From: Narcine bancroftii | Taxonomy: Eukaryota | DNA length: 64,000 nt | Direction: 5' to 3' | NCBI RefSeq assembly: GCF_036971445.1 | Contig: NC_091477.1 | Location: 17,422,001 to 17,486,000, forward strand | Shown: in pieces, positions 1-13,158 of the stretch | Layout: every line of letters begins with the position of its first letter | How positions within the stretch are numbered: position 1 is the stretch's first letter | The notes under the pieces: model-generated | What the model saw: only the letters and a program-made list of their open reading frames with translations | Told to the model about the DNA's origin: nothing | Database searches by the model: none | Program-made: the position numbers and the translations under genes

Positions 1-895
1 AGTTGCTTTTAATTATCTTTAAACATGAAAATAGAATCACACTTTAACTTAACTAACCCTCTTCTAATTCTAAGTGCATATGTGTGTAATGTGTGTGTAA
101 GTTCAGAAATGTTCTTTGGTTCACAGTCCAATCTCACTTCTCATTCCTCCAAGTCCACTGGTTGCAGGCAATTCTTTTACTGTGCACAGAATTTAACATT
201 TATAAAGTTGAAAGGTAAATGGTTACTGCTCAGGAAGGTTCTTGTCAGTTTTCAGAGAGATTTGTTGTTCCAGGACATCCACAACTCCACTCCAGGGTCT
301 TGCTGACAAAACTTGCCCCTCCAGGGTTCTCCAGATGATAACCTCTTTCTTTCAGGTCACCACAGAGTTCCTTCTTGTTTCTCTTATTCCAAGTGAAACA
401 TTAGACAGCCAGTCCTCTCCTCTTGCATGAGCCACTAGGCTGTCTTCCAAANNNNNNNNNNNNNNNNNNNNNNNNNNNNNNNNNNNNNNNNNNNNNNNNN
501 NNNNNNNNNNNNNNNNNNNNNNNNNNNNNNNNNNNNNNNNNNNNNNNNNNNNNNNNNNNNNNNNNNNNNNNNNNNNNNNNNNNNNNNNNNNNNNCTTGCA
601 AAACCACATGACCCTCTTAGAACAATAAATTATCTTCCAGACAATCTGCGGTTCCAACAAGATCTTTCATCTGTTGCCTTTTGTAAACAACAATCCATTC
701 GTGAAGTCTCTTGAGCACTCTCCAAAGCTCTTGCAAAAGGTGTGGAGCCGATATGTCTAGCATTAGCAGAGCTCGAGTATTTCAAATAAGATCGGTTTTA
801 AAGTGTTTGTATGTGCCCTACTGCAACAAACCTTTCCCAATTTATCTCCCAAAAACATACTGAAATACAATACAAACACAACATAATCTGTCACA
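1..895. mobile_element. Solo-LTR family copy (left end outside window; contains assembly gap)
   Basis: Colinear with and highly similar to 56577-57535; ends with the same terminus ATAATCTGTCACA at 895. Confidence 0.8.
452..594. other. Assembly gap (143 N)
   Basis: Run of N in the sequence. Confidence 1.
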
Positions 896-3406
896 CCAGA
901 TTCTGCAACGCCTTAAGGCTGCTGCCGATCAGAGGTGCCTCCATCTTGGGCCCAGACTGCATGGTCTCAGGATTTTAAAATAAACCAATGGTTTCTTTAA
1001 CAGGCTATTTAAAGCTTCTACAGAGCTGTCAGTAATTGGACTGGGTGGAAGAACATTGCAGAGGAGCACAGTACAAAGGCAAGAGATAGCCACTGTAGGA
1101 CAAGAGGAACAATATCTTCATCTAAACTTGCGATACCCACAGAAGACAGTTGAGGCCATTAAATATATTCAAGAAATTAGATTCTATCTTAAGGTGAAAG
1201 ATATCAAGGGATACAAGAAAACAAGAGAGCACTGAAATTGGATGACAATGAATAATGCAGCCTGCTCAAAAGGCCTATCCTATATAGGCATGTCAAGTCA
1301 ACCTCCCTATTTTGCTCCAAAAATTTGGCATTTTCCATATATCGCATGCAAAAGTTAACCCCCACCCATTTTTAACCCTGGCTACCTGCCAGAGCTTGAT
1401 GCTGTGACCACGACTCACCTTGGTCCCGACAGCTGTACATCCAAGCTTCTGATGTCCTGAATGTTGATTATTACCTTGGCCCTGGCCACCCCTCCCACGA
1501 GATCCACTGAAGTCCCGACTGCAGGCTCTCACCAGCCATCCATCCATCCATCTGAGCTCCCAAAGCCCCAACAGTGGACTCCCATCTAGACCCTGGCCAG
1601 ACATCCATCCAAGCTCCCAACATAGACTTGCTATCTGGTCCTGGGTGTCTGCCTGCCCATCTGTGGTCCCAACACCTCAAACGATACACGTGCTTACCGT
1701 GATAAAAGTAAGTCTGTGTGTAATAATCAACCCCTTAAAATTTGCCCTATATACTGGTCTATTTAGTTTAAAATTAGACAATTACACGTACACAGTTATA
1801 CAAGGTATTCATACTTTCCTCATTTTTATGATTAATAATCATCTCCAGTTTCTGTTGAGATTCAGGCAATACAAATGTTCTGTATTCTGGTAACATTCAG
1901 CTTCCAGTTGAGGTACCACCTCCTCCCAACAGTGCAGTCTGCCTCACTTACTGTTTGTTCGATCTTTAATCATACTATATTCAATTTTTCTATTCAACTT
2001 CTATTAATATGCACACAGATCCGGGAGAATTGTTGGTATAGAAACCATTGTGATACTCCCTCGAAATTTTTATTAAAATAAGTACCAATATACTAATACA
2101 GTTATAACCAATAAAATCAATCTCTAAATAACAATGAAAATTCCTCGATTTCTCATTTTTTTACAGAATAGTTGCTCAACTGAGAGGGATTAATTGAGTG
2201 CAAAAGTACTCGGGAACTCCAAATTGACAGCATTGTATCAAATCATTGCTGCATTTTGATGTTTGTTACAATACTGAACACTTTACACCAACATATCCCC
2301 ACAAATAGCATTTGACTCATCACAACCAGCGTGCATACGCACACCATTTGGAATGTGACTCTGGAAGCAATTTGCCTGTAGCAGCCTAAAACATTTTATT
2401 AAACTCATCATCTAGGAGTTAAATTGTCAGAAATTAGAATATTGTAGATTTTTGGCATTCAATCCTTAAAGGCTGATCTTCCCATAAATACACTCAAGAC
2501 AAATTGGTGAAGATAATTTTGAAACACCAAGGGAAACAAAGTTGGAGAGGAGCTAAATGTAGTTTAGTTGAAGATCAAACAATCTTTAACTTAAAGGGCC
2601 ACCATGCCTCCTGTTCCCATTTTGAAACAAGAGTTTTTTTTTAATGATAAGACCTTTTCCATTCCTCAGATTTACATTCCAAGATTTAAATTTTTAATTT
2701 AGACATACAGCAAAGTAACAGGCCCTTCCAGCCCAGGGCCCCATGACATTCAAATTTCCCAATAAACCCATAAACTCCGTATGTTTAAGGGTGGAGGAAA
2801 TCTACGCAGACAGAGAGCATACAAACTCCTTTCAGTCAACACCAGATTTGAACCCATTGTTGTAATAGTGCAGCATTGACTGTTGTAATAACAATCCCAG
2901 ATTATTGGATCAATGTAATGGAATTAGGATACACAAATCTTGTACAACCAGGGCAACTTGCACCCAGATAAAACAAGAGCAAATGTGCACATCATCACAG
3001 TGCTTGTAAACGTTAGTGGAGAGAGTTTAAACTAGAATGGCAAGACGATGGCAACTCAAACAGGGTGACTAGGGAGAGAGAAAGTAGCATTAAGGGCAGG
3101 GCACAAATGGTCAGTGTTGTAGAAAATTATGATTTAAAATGGAAAAAAGGCCTCATTCACCAAGATGTTGTAAGTGGAACAAGAACCAACAAATGACAAA
3201 GTTGCAGATGCTGGAAAAAGAATAAACTTTTTTTTGTATAATACACTGAAATATTTACAATTTAAACCACAAATTAAAATAGCCAAAACTACTTTAAAGG
3301 TAGTTGATTATTTCGGAGAACAAACACAAAGGGAAACAGGATTGGCTTATCCGTTATCAACATTTGATTCTATATTGTTTGCAACTATTTATACATTGCC
3401 GATTTA

Positions 3407-3640
<234 letters not shown>

Positions 3641-5329
3641 TCAACACAATTGGGACAAAATAATGAAATTTCATCAGTATTTAACCAAATGAAGAGCCTA
3701 TTTAGGTATTCAAATATTCTCCTTTTGTTTTTTTCATTTTACGAAAAAATTTTAAACCAAAGCTACCCCAGACTAGCAAAGAAAACTGACCCATTTGTTT
3801 AGGGACTATGAGGTTTTCAAGAAACACCATATACACATGGATACTACAGAAAACTGATAGCTACCCCAGCAGGAGGCCACTTCTTTCAAAAGAGACCGTA
3901 GAGTTCTGGACCTGTCATGGTCTTCTGTCACCTCTGCACTTACTCCTGTGGCAATGAGTCCATATTCATTTCCCTCCCAAGCCCCAACACCCCTCTTCTG
4001 GTCTTCTATAATCTCTTGAACTTTTCATTTCTAAATGCTGTCAAATTCCAACATTCTCATAAAACTTGATTTAAAAATCAACTTTAATTCTCTCAAAAAG
4101 TTAATTTGCCAATTCATATTCCTTTCCAAACTGACATTCAGCATTTGCAACTGATCAATTTCCCTTCTTTCCTTGCTCCAAAAACCCTGCATTTAATCAA
4201 CTTCTATTATCCAAGGAGGGAGAATCTATAAACTCCTTACAAACAGCACATATGAACACAGGTTGTTGGTGCTGTAATAACATTTCACAAATCACTATGC
4301 TTCCATGTCTTTTCCAGCAGAATGCAACTTCAATTGAGAGGCACTGATTGTATAGGCGTGTGAGAATATTTCACCCAGGATAAACACGTCAAATACTACA
4401 GGATATGGATTTAAGGGAGTGGGAGCTTAAAGAAGAAACATGGGCAAATTTTCCTTTTTAAAAACGCACGAACAGAACGTTGGTGCTTGAAACAGGCCAT
4501 CAGGAGTAGTGGTGGAAGCAGATACTGGAGCACCGTTTAAGAAACTTAAATGAATACGTTTGGGACAGAGGGGTCTGGATCATTTGCAACCAGAGTTTTA
4601 ATTTAATTTAGGCATCATTTTTGGTACAGACACATGAGCCAAAAGGCCTTTTACTGGGCTGTACTCTTCTTTGTTAATTGAGGAAAAGGAGAATGGAGTT
4701 CTGCAAGAAGAATTCAAGAAATTATGAAATAAATTGAAAAATAGGACATCAAAAGGCAGTAGCTCCAGAATTACACCAGTCCTATATGCTGGAAGAGAAT
4801 ACCTGGAAGAATGGTACAGGGAGAAAGATTTAAATTCCTGGAATAGTGGAATGATAAGTGGGTAAATACATAACATGTTCAAACAGATAAATAAGTTTGC
4901 TAGTGCTTTGGGAGACGATTCAGACCAAAATGGCAGGGGGAATGGAGCCCAAGCAGAGTCACTAAGGAGAAAGAAACAAGGACAGAAATTAGAGAGGATA
5001 GTAGAATCAAGAACACAGTAGAAGAGCCAAAATACAAACAAAAATGATTATTCAATATGCCAAAAACTGCTTTATGTATTAAGGTATAAACAGCACAAAT
5101 AATGGTAAATGAATATGATCCTATGGCTGAGAGTGAAGAGCTGAGATGGCTAGGACAGGAGCCAATGGGGGAAAATTGGTGAAGCTTGGAGGTGATGAAT
5201 GCCAGACAGAAGGAGTTGATTGGCAGATACCTGTCAGAGGGAGAGGGGCAAGAGAAACAAGGGGGCCAGGTAAAGGAAGAATGGAGTGGGTGATAGATTT
5301 GAATCAGAAAGAGGCAACAATAGTGGTAA

Positions 5330-5930
5330 AATAATGGAGTCAGCTTATAGAGTGGAGGTCAAAAGGCTTGTAGAGTGGTGTAAGATCAACAACCCAAGTC
5401 TCGATGCAGACGAGACAAAGGAGATGATTGTGAACTTCAGGAGGAGGACCACTCCCCACTATAGACAATGGATCCATTGTTGATGGAGTGGGGAGCACAA
5501 AATTCCTTGGCAGCTATTTAAAGGAAAACCTATCTTAGACCCACACCACCTCCTCATTAGTCAGAAAGACGCAGCAGTGCCTACACTTCCTAGAGGTTGA
5601 GGAGGTCAAGGCTCTCGGCCACCATCCTAACAACTTTCTACAGGAGCACAATAGGGAGTATTGGCTGGCTGCATCATAATGTGTTTGGCAGCTGCAAAGC
5701 ACAAGATTGGAGGTCAGATGAAGGGTGATTAAAACCGTAACAACATCACTGGAGTCACCCTTCCCCCTTAAAAAGGGCTGAGAGAATCACTGAGGACCTT
5801 TACCATCTAGCCACAGTAACTTTGAGACTCCACCTTCAAGCAAGAGGTATAGAAGCATAAAACCAGGACCGCCAAGTGTGGAAACAGCTTCTTCTTGCTG
5901 GTAGTGAGACTGTGGAACAATCCTAGAAAC
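5330..5930 (+). mobile_element. Degraded Rex/Babar-type LINE 3' fragment
   Basis: Translates to 'AYRVEVKRLVEWCKINNPSL..TKEMIVNFRR'; same family as the 18330, 47470 and 54570 copies. Boundaries approximate. Confidence 0.65.
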
Positions 5931-6334
5931 CCATAAGTTATTTTTATATCTATTTAGTTTGGATCACTATGCATATATATTATTTGTAGAGGGTACTGGT
6001 GAAATACAAACTAGACGACTTGGGTTAACGGAAAAAAAGGGAGAACTTTAGGAGGAACGGTGGCAGGAATTTCTTCAGAGAATGGTGGATTACGGAATGA
6101 GCTGCTAGATAAAATGGTGAATGTGATCTCAATTTTAACATTAAATAAAAAATTTAGAGAGGTACATGGATGGAAGGGTACGGAGGGTTGTGGAATAGGT
6201 GTATGTCAGCGGGACCAGAAAAAATAAGTTTGGCACACACCAGAAGAGCCAAAGGGCTATTTTCTCTGCTAATATTCTGTGGTTTAGAGATGCGTTGCTT
6301 TGTTGGGTTGTTTCTGTACAATCAGATGAATTTG

Positions 6335-7620
6335 CATTAAAGGATTTAGACAGTGGCTGCTGAGAAAGTTGATACGCTTGATGCAATCTTACAAAAATCT
6401 TTAGATTCTGCAAAAGTCCCAGAGCAATGGAAAGCTTCCACTGTAATATCCCATTTTAAAAGAGGCAGGAGGATTAAAATAAAAGTTGACTGGAGGCAGA
6501 TTGGCTTAACATCCATTGTTAGAAATAGATTAAATTAAGGAAATAAAGCAGCACATTTGAAAATTAACAGTCTAATCAAGTTGAGTCAGCACTGGCTTCA
6601 AAGCTGAAGTAGTTTTTGAGAATGCCTCAAGGTTTGGATGGAGAGAACCAGTAGATGTACTGTACTTGGACTTCCAGAAGGCATTTGATAAAGTGCCTCA
6701 CAAAACGTTAAGCCACAAGATACAAGCTTGTACTGGCACAGAGATTTCTGGCCAACATGCAGGAAACAGTGAGCAAGGACAACCAGGTTATTTCCAGGTT
6801 GGCAACCAGTAACAGTGGGGTGCCAAAGGATCAGTAGTGGGAATGCAGCTGTTTATGTTTATTATGGACTTGGATGGGGGTAAAAAAATAAATGTACAAT
6901 ATCCAAACTTGAAAATGACATGGCTAAGAAAGCACGATCAGCAGAGGAAAATGTTTCACACGAGTATTAACACATCAACTGAGTAGAATAAAAGCTGGTA
7001 AATAGAGTATTGTGGAAAAATGTGAAATGTTCATTTTGGAAGTTAATTTTCTTTTTTAAAAATAGGGAAAACTGCAGAAGGAAAAGAATTTCAGGGTTTC
7101 TTGTGCATGAATGAAAACTCTTGTGCAGCATTAGGGAAATGTAATAGGTAGGGAACTAAAAGAGAAGTTGGCTATTAGATCAAGGAGGTTAGAGGAGAGG
7201 GATCGCCTTACTACAAATGTACAAGGCACAAGTGAGACTGCAATACAAATGCAGTTTTTTTTGTTCCCCGACTTAAGATATAATATCGTTATTGGTAGTT
7301 CAGAGAATATTTACAGAGATAATCCCAGATAAGAAAGAACTATCTAACAAGGTTCAACAAGTCAGAACTCAATTTATTGAAACTTCAGAGTTGCAACCTG
7401 ATTGAAACAAGAAATTCAAAGAGGCATGACAGGGCAAACACTGAAAGGATGTTTAATTTCATGGGAGGGTCCAGAACCAGAGGATACCAATTTACAATTG
7501 ACCAGGAAGAATTTCTCAAAGATTTGCAATTCTTAGAATCTCTCTGACAGAGAGAATTGTGGTACAAGGATCCATGGATACATTTATGATTGAAACAAGC
7601 AAGAGTCAATGTTTGAGGAA
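6335..7620 (+). mobile_element. Degraded CR1-type LINE (RT region)
   Basis: Frames give 'SLDSAKVPEQWKAS' and 'VDVLYLDFQKAFDKVPH' (about 6650-6700); many stops. Boundaries approximate. Confidence 0.75.
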
Positions 7621-8173
7621 AGTAGACGAGATCACAAATGCTTCTCATGATCTTGCCGTTATTTCCTCATTCCAAGGAGGAGGAAGTATGAACACCAAGT
7701 CCATTCAACCATGCATTTTAATAAATGGTTATGTTATCAAAGGTTCTGGTAATTTTGAGCTCTCCTCACTGCTTCATTGAACTGAAACATGTCCAACTAT
7801 TCATTAATCTATATTAAAATAGTCTTTTTCACAAAATCTGCAGATTAAGGTTATGGGCAATCATTTTTCAATAACAAGGATATACTCAATTGCATGTGCC
7901 AAAATAGAATAACTAAAATACAGCAGGACATGAATGGTATTGATCAAGAGGTTTCAGCTAATTGAATGTTAATTATCTGACCTGCTGCATCACAGACTGG
8001 TATGGGGATACCAATACCCCTGAGCGTAAAGCCCTGCAAATGGCAATGGACACAACCTATGACCTCACAGTAAAACCCTCCCCACTATCGAGAACATTGA
8101 TAGGGAATGCTGACTATAAATAAACTGGTGTGCTCACACAATGACTTATAATCCAATAAATAGTAGTTATTAC

Positions 8174-8273
8174 CTGAAGTGGTTTCATTAATGAGCCGCA
8201 AACAATTGAGTCCAGCAATCTGTGCAGCATCCATTACGGACCTCCTCTCAGCATCTGTGAAGAAACATGGGAC
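8174..8273 (-). CDS. HSPA4: HSPA4 coding exon 5
   Basis: 100 nt; [33 protein letters not shown]; AG and GTAATA; separated from exon 4 by an 88-nt intron. Confidence 0.95.
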
Positions 8274-8352
8274 CTGTAGAAAACAGTATATCAATGAATT
8301 AAACAACAAAGCTAGTTGAAATTACACATCACACACAATTAGCAAAACCTCA

Positions 8353-8487
<135 letters not shown>

Positions 8488-8865
8488 TCAAAAATTGTAA
8501 GCAAAAACATTTCATTAAAATTATTTTATACAGGAGAATACATATCGAATCAAAGTGTTTATTGTTCACAAAGGCATTTATCAAAATCACAAGGGCAGAG
8601 TTTAAAAAAAGTGGCATCAAAGAGGAAATGACTTGCACCATGCCATTCACAACTTCAGTATAGGCCAACTTCATTCCCCTTCCATGGGATTTTAAAAAAA
8701 ATTATCCATTCCGTAAATCTCCAATGATACTGTACCCTCCAGAAATTGGTTATGCTGGATGTACAGATTTATATAAAAAAAATAGGGATGCAATTTGAAT
8801 TATCCTAATGCATTTTTTCATTTTCCCCACCCCCCCCCCCCCCCTCCAAACATGACAAAGTAAAT

Positions 8866-11069
8866 CAGGTGCTTGATCTTTTATCTGAAATTCCAAAAAC
8901 TGAACAATTTTTCCAATGGATATCATCTGCTCACTAAATCTCGTGTTTGGCGCAAAACATGACTCAACACTCAACTCGTGTTTGAATATCCCGCGTCCGT
9001 CCACGTTGGTAATTAGTGGAACCCTCGGGAATCCTTATTTTATGTGACAGTGGTAAAAACAGAGTCCAGTTCCTTCAATTCACTATATACGAGCACATGA
9101 TTCACCGTAGATGGCTCGACGCCAGACACCTCTGCTGCTCACGGACTTTGAAGACTGTGAAAATGTCAAAAAGAGCTGCAGAGCACCCCCCCATGGGTAA
9201 CAGTGAGAAAAGAAAAAGAAGCATCTGTCATTATCAATAGCTCAGAAAGTGGAGTTATTGCAGATGCTTGATCATGGTGTATCTGTGCGGCGTCTTACTG
9301 AAGATTATAGTGTGGGAACGACCACCATATATGACTTAAAGAACCAGAAAGTGAAGTTTTACAGTCACAGTGATGACTAGAGACTAATGAAAAATAGGAA
9401 AACATTGCATTGGGCAAAAAGAAAATGCAGATATTGACTGTGTGCTTATTGAATGGGTTTGACAACGAAGAAGTGAACGTTTGGTTTGGTCGACATGAAA
9501 TAAGCTAGAAAATTCCATGAAGAACTGAATCTTGAAGGCAAGGGTGAATATTCACAAGGTTGGCTGCAGAAATTTAAGTATCAAGGTGCAAAATATCTGA
9601 AAATCTGTGGTGAAAAAACTTCTGCTGATTCTGATGCAGCTAAATGTTACATTGATGAATTTGCCGAGATGGTATCTGATCAAAACCTTAGTCCAGAGCA
9701 AATTTATAATGACGATGAAACAGCTTTCTACTGGCGCTATCTCCCTAGAAAAATATTAACAATGGTTGATGAAAGAGCACCATCAAGTTTCAAGGACAGG
9801 GTGACTATTTTTGGGTGTGCAAATGCTGGCACACGCAAGTTAAGGTTGGTAGTCCTTGGAAGAAGCCATCATCTGAAATGTTTTAAAGGTGTAACAAGGT
9901 TACCTGTGTATTATGCAAACAAGCATGGGTAACCAGAGAAATGTTTACTGATTGGTTCAATAACCACTTTGTATCAGGTGCATGAGCTCATTGTAGGAAG
10001 GTAGGTCTGGAAGAAAACTGCCAAATTTTATTGCTCCGAGACAAATGCTCAGCACGTTTTCAGAATTTACTGTCCCCCACCCAACATGAGATCGTCATTG
10101 CAGCCTTGTGTACAAGGAATTTTATGCTCAATGAAGACCAACTAGAAATACTTTTTTTCTGAACTGTGTGCTTGATGCAGTCAAGATGCGCAAGTATCAA
10201 AAACGTCCTGAAAGAGTTCACTCTTAATTAAGGAAGCCATTTATGAACTTGTTAATGCTTAGAAAAATGTAACTGAATCAACATTAAAAAATGCTTGGCA
10301 CAAACTTTGGCCTGCAACAATGTTCAATGAAAATGAGCCTGCAGCTGAAGAATTGTGGGCCAGTAATGAGAAGATGATGATATCAAACGCCAAAGGTGTT
10401 GCAGCAGAAAATATAAATACGTTGCAAGCAGCTGACATTGAAAAAGTGCTGAACATTGACCATGATGCACCTGTTGTGCATTCCTTGAGTGATGTAAAAA
10501 TTGCTGAAATAGTGTTAAATGACGATGAGCATGAGGAAAGCAGCAATGGGGAAGAAGGTATGGTGAACTGCGGTTAAAGTGGAATTAATTGGTGGCATGG
10601 AACAGCATGCATTTATCAGTGAGCATGAGATTATGGTATATTATTCAAAGAGAGACTGCTTAGTTTAGACAGAAACCTCTTCCATGAAACAGTTGATACT
10701 GGAAATCTTTAAAAAGAATCCAACCTGAAGATGATCACCAAAACAATGACAACATTGTTGTAATGTGCTTTTACTGGATATACGGAACATTTTCAGGTGT
10801 TTACATTAGATTGAGCCAGTTTATGTTTGAAGTTTTACTGCAAGTTCTACCTAATAAAAAGTACATTAGTGATTTTATGGTCTTCATCTCTGTCCAGTGC
10901 CACTGCAACCCACCCCCCCCCCCCACCTCTAGTTGGAATGCGTCCTTGTTTTGCGCGAACCAGAAACAATTAAAAATTCCACCGTTACTATTACTCTATT
11001 ATTCAAAACAATTCCGAATTCTGAAAAGAATCTGGTCCCAAGAATTTTGAATAAAAGATTAAGCACCTG
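8866..11069 (+). mobile_element. Full-length decayed pogo/Tigger DNA transposon (Tigger4/Zombi-like) in HSPA4 intron 3
   Basis: About 28-bp imperfect TIRs (CAGGTGCTTGATCTTTTATCTGAAATTC versus reverse complement of right end CAGGTGCTTAATCTTTTATTCAAAATTC); TA after right end. Frameshifted transposase from ATG 9163 with a CENP-B-type HTH (LSIAQKVELL..GVSVRRLTEDYSVGTTTIYDLK) and DDE region (QIYNDDETAFYWR, KDRVT). Confidence 0.88.
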
Positions 11070-12170
11070 TATAACAAAATTTCCCACAGGGCATTAAGGT
11101 AGTAGGAAATGGAGTACAGATGACTTTCAGCTTGCATGCTTCAGCTCATCAAATAAACTGAAACATACAAACACTCTCTGTGCTAGTCCAGGCCACAAGC
11201 CTTGCCCACAATCTGGATCCCAGCCCAATGCACAGCTGGCTCACAGTTCTGCTCAGATGTTCCACCTTGTGAGTATGCAGATAACAGACACCTAGTGCAC
11301 CAGTGAGCAAACCAAATGGCAAATCAGATACTGGGTTATCAGTGTTTAACTGTTACCAGAATATTACTTCAAGATAAATGTTTGAATTATTTAGCCATAT
11401 CTGACTTTTATTTCCTCCAAGCTAAACCCAAACAATTAAACATCCTTTAAGCCACCAAGATTATTCCTGGAGGACCTGCTTACATCCAAAAACCAGTTAG
11501 CATCACAGACAGGGGATATAACCCTTTTCCCGAAAAGAAGTTAAAGAACTCAAGGTCTGTAGGTCAAGATCATTAGTTACTGAAGTCACAAGGTTGCTTT
11601 TGTTAACACCCATCATTGATGTAGGCAAATCTAAAGCCTGCCCACCTTCTCATTCTATGATGGTTCATTATTAAAATGAAGGAAACATAGTCAGAAGCTC
11701 CTCATCTGGAGCCACAAGTTTCAGTGATAAGATGTGATGACCAGGTCTACTTAAGAGCAACAGTGATTTTAAAAAACTTATATCAATATTTTGAAAAATA
11801 TTACAAAAATTCAATGTTCCTCTAAAATTATGAAATTATCAACTCATTGTGAATATATTTATTACCTGGTCACAGGAATATTATGGATCTAGAGAAAGCT
11901 GTTAATCTGTTAATGCACAACTTGTACTTGAAATAGCCAATATCTGACATCTAACCATTTGCACCGAGGAATATAATTTTGTACCAAAAGGACAAAGCAA
12001 AATTAATAAAATGGCATCTTTTTCATGGCCATTCCTAAATGTCAGCAATAATGAGCCCAACATCAAGTAATATTTGCAGTAAGTGACATTAGTTTCTCAC
12101 TTCCATCTTGGAGGCAAAGCATGCACTTTTAAAAGAGCAGATTTTGGTAACTGAGTATTATGACACCAAC

Positions 12171-12311
12171 CTGAACACCTGTCGCACCATTAGGCATCTG
12201 AGCAAGTTCATAAGCAAGCTTGGATTGCTCAGCTCTTACAAACGGGTCTGTAAAAGTTCGCCCATGAAGCCTCTTAAATCCTTGCAGAGTATTTTTGACA
12301 TTTGACAGCAC
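12171..12311 (-). CDS. HSPA4: HSPA4 coding exon 3
   Basis: 141 nt; [47 protein letters not shown]; AG and GTTGGT. Confidence 0.95.
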
Positions 12312-13100
12312 CTACCAAAAAATTAAAATTAATCAATATTTTTAACAAACTGGGCTGGACTTTAACAAACAAGGCCTGTATCACTGAGATGCAACTTTTG
12401 AAAATTTTGTGTATTTTTGAGGAACATGCTGGTCAAAAGCACCTTTGACCTGATCAGCAAGTGTTGGGTGTTGAGAGAGCATGAGAGACGTTATGGCATA
12501 ATTTTAGGAGAGCGAGAATAAACCCTTTCCTCAAATCTGCTGGGAATATCTTTGACACATCATTAAATTGGAATTATGGTTTTGTCATGTATTAAAATTG
12601 CCAAACCAAAATAACGATAAAGGTCAGCAGGCTGCATGGAGAATTGTTGGCATTTCCCAGCAAATTTTGGCCCATTTATTGCTACTTATTTAGATTTTGA
12701 ATTAAGTTACAGGTCATTTTATGCAAGGTACAATTTGCAAGTATAATCTGACTCAATTTTTGCTTGAAACTCAAAAGTTTGTTAAAAAGGTGATTAAAAA
12801 CTGGATGCTAGAAATCTGAAATGAAAGTAGAAAATGCTCCAAATGTGGCAAAAACGTTTCATCAGAATTGCCAGATTAAAAAGGTCTTTGATGGCAAGTG
12901 CCAATGTAATTTTTGTGCCAAAAATTTTGACTTCTCCACAGAACTTTTCCAGTGTTTAGTGCTTTTAATTTTGTTTGTGTTCTGTTTACTTGCTATCGTC
13001 TGACAGCATGAATCCAACTCATGTGCAATAAGTCAATGTTGCCTCACACCAGCTGTTCCTTAAATATTCTTTAAAGGAGGATGCATTGAACTCTACCTAC

Positions 13101-13158
13101 CTGGCTTTTGGCTGCAGCTCCAACTGCACGATTTCTGGGTCCCAAGGACACAAAAGAC
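13101..13158 (-). CDS. HSPA4: HSPA4 coding exon 2
   Basis: 58 nt; SFVSLGPRNRAVGAAAKSQ; TTTTCAG acceptor and GTAGGT donor; phase-2 start matches exon 1. Confidence 0.93.

Noticed and set aside
4598-5041. 147-aa minus-strand ORF
   Set aside because: No recognisable homology; the opposite strand looks like a decayed CR1 ORF1 remnant (VLQEEFKKL..LKNRTSK).
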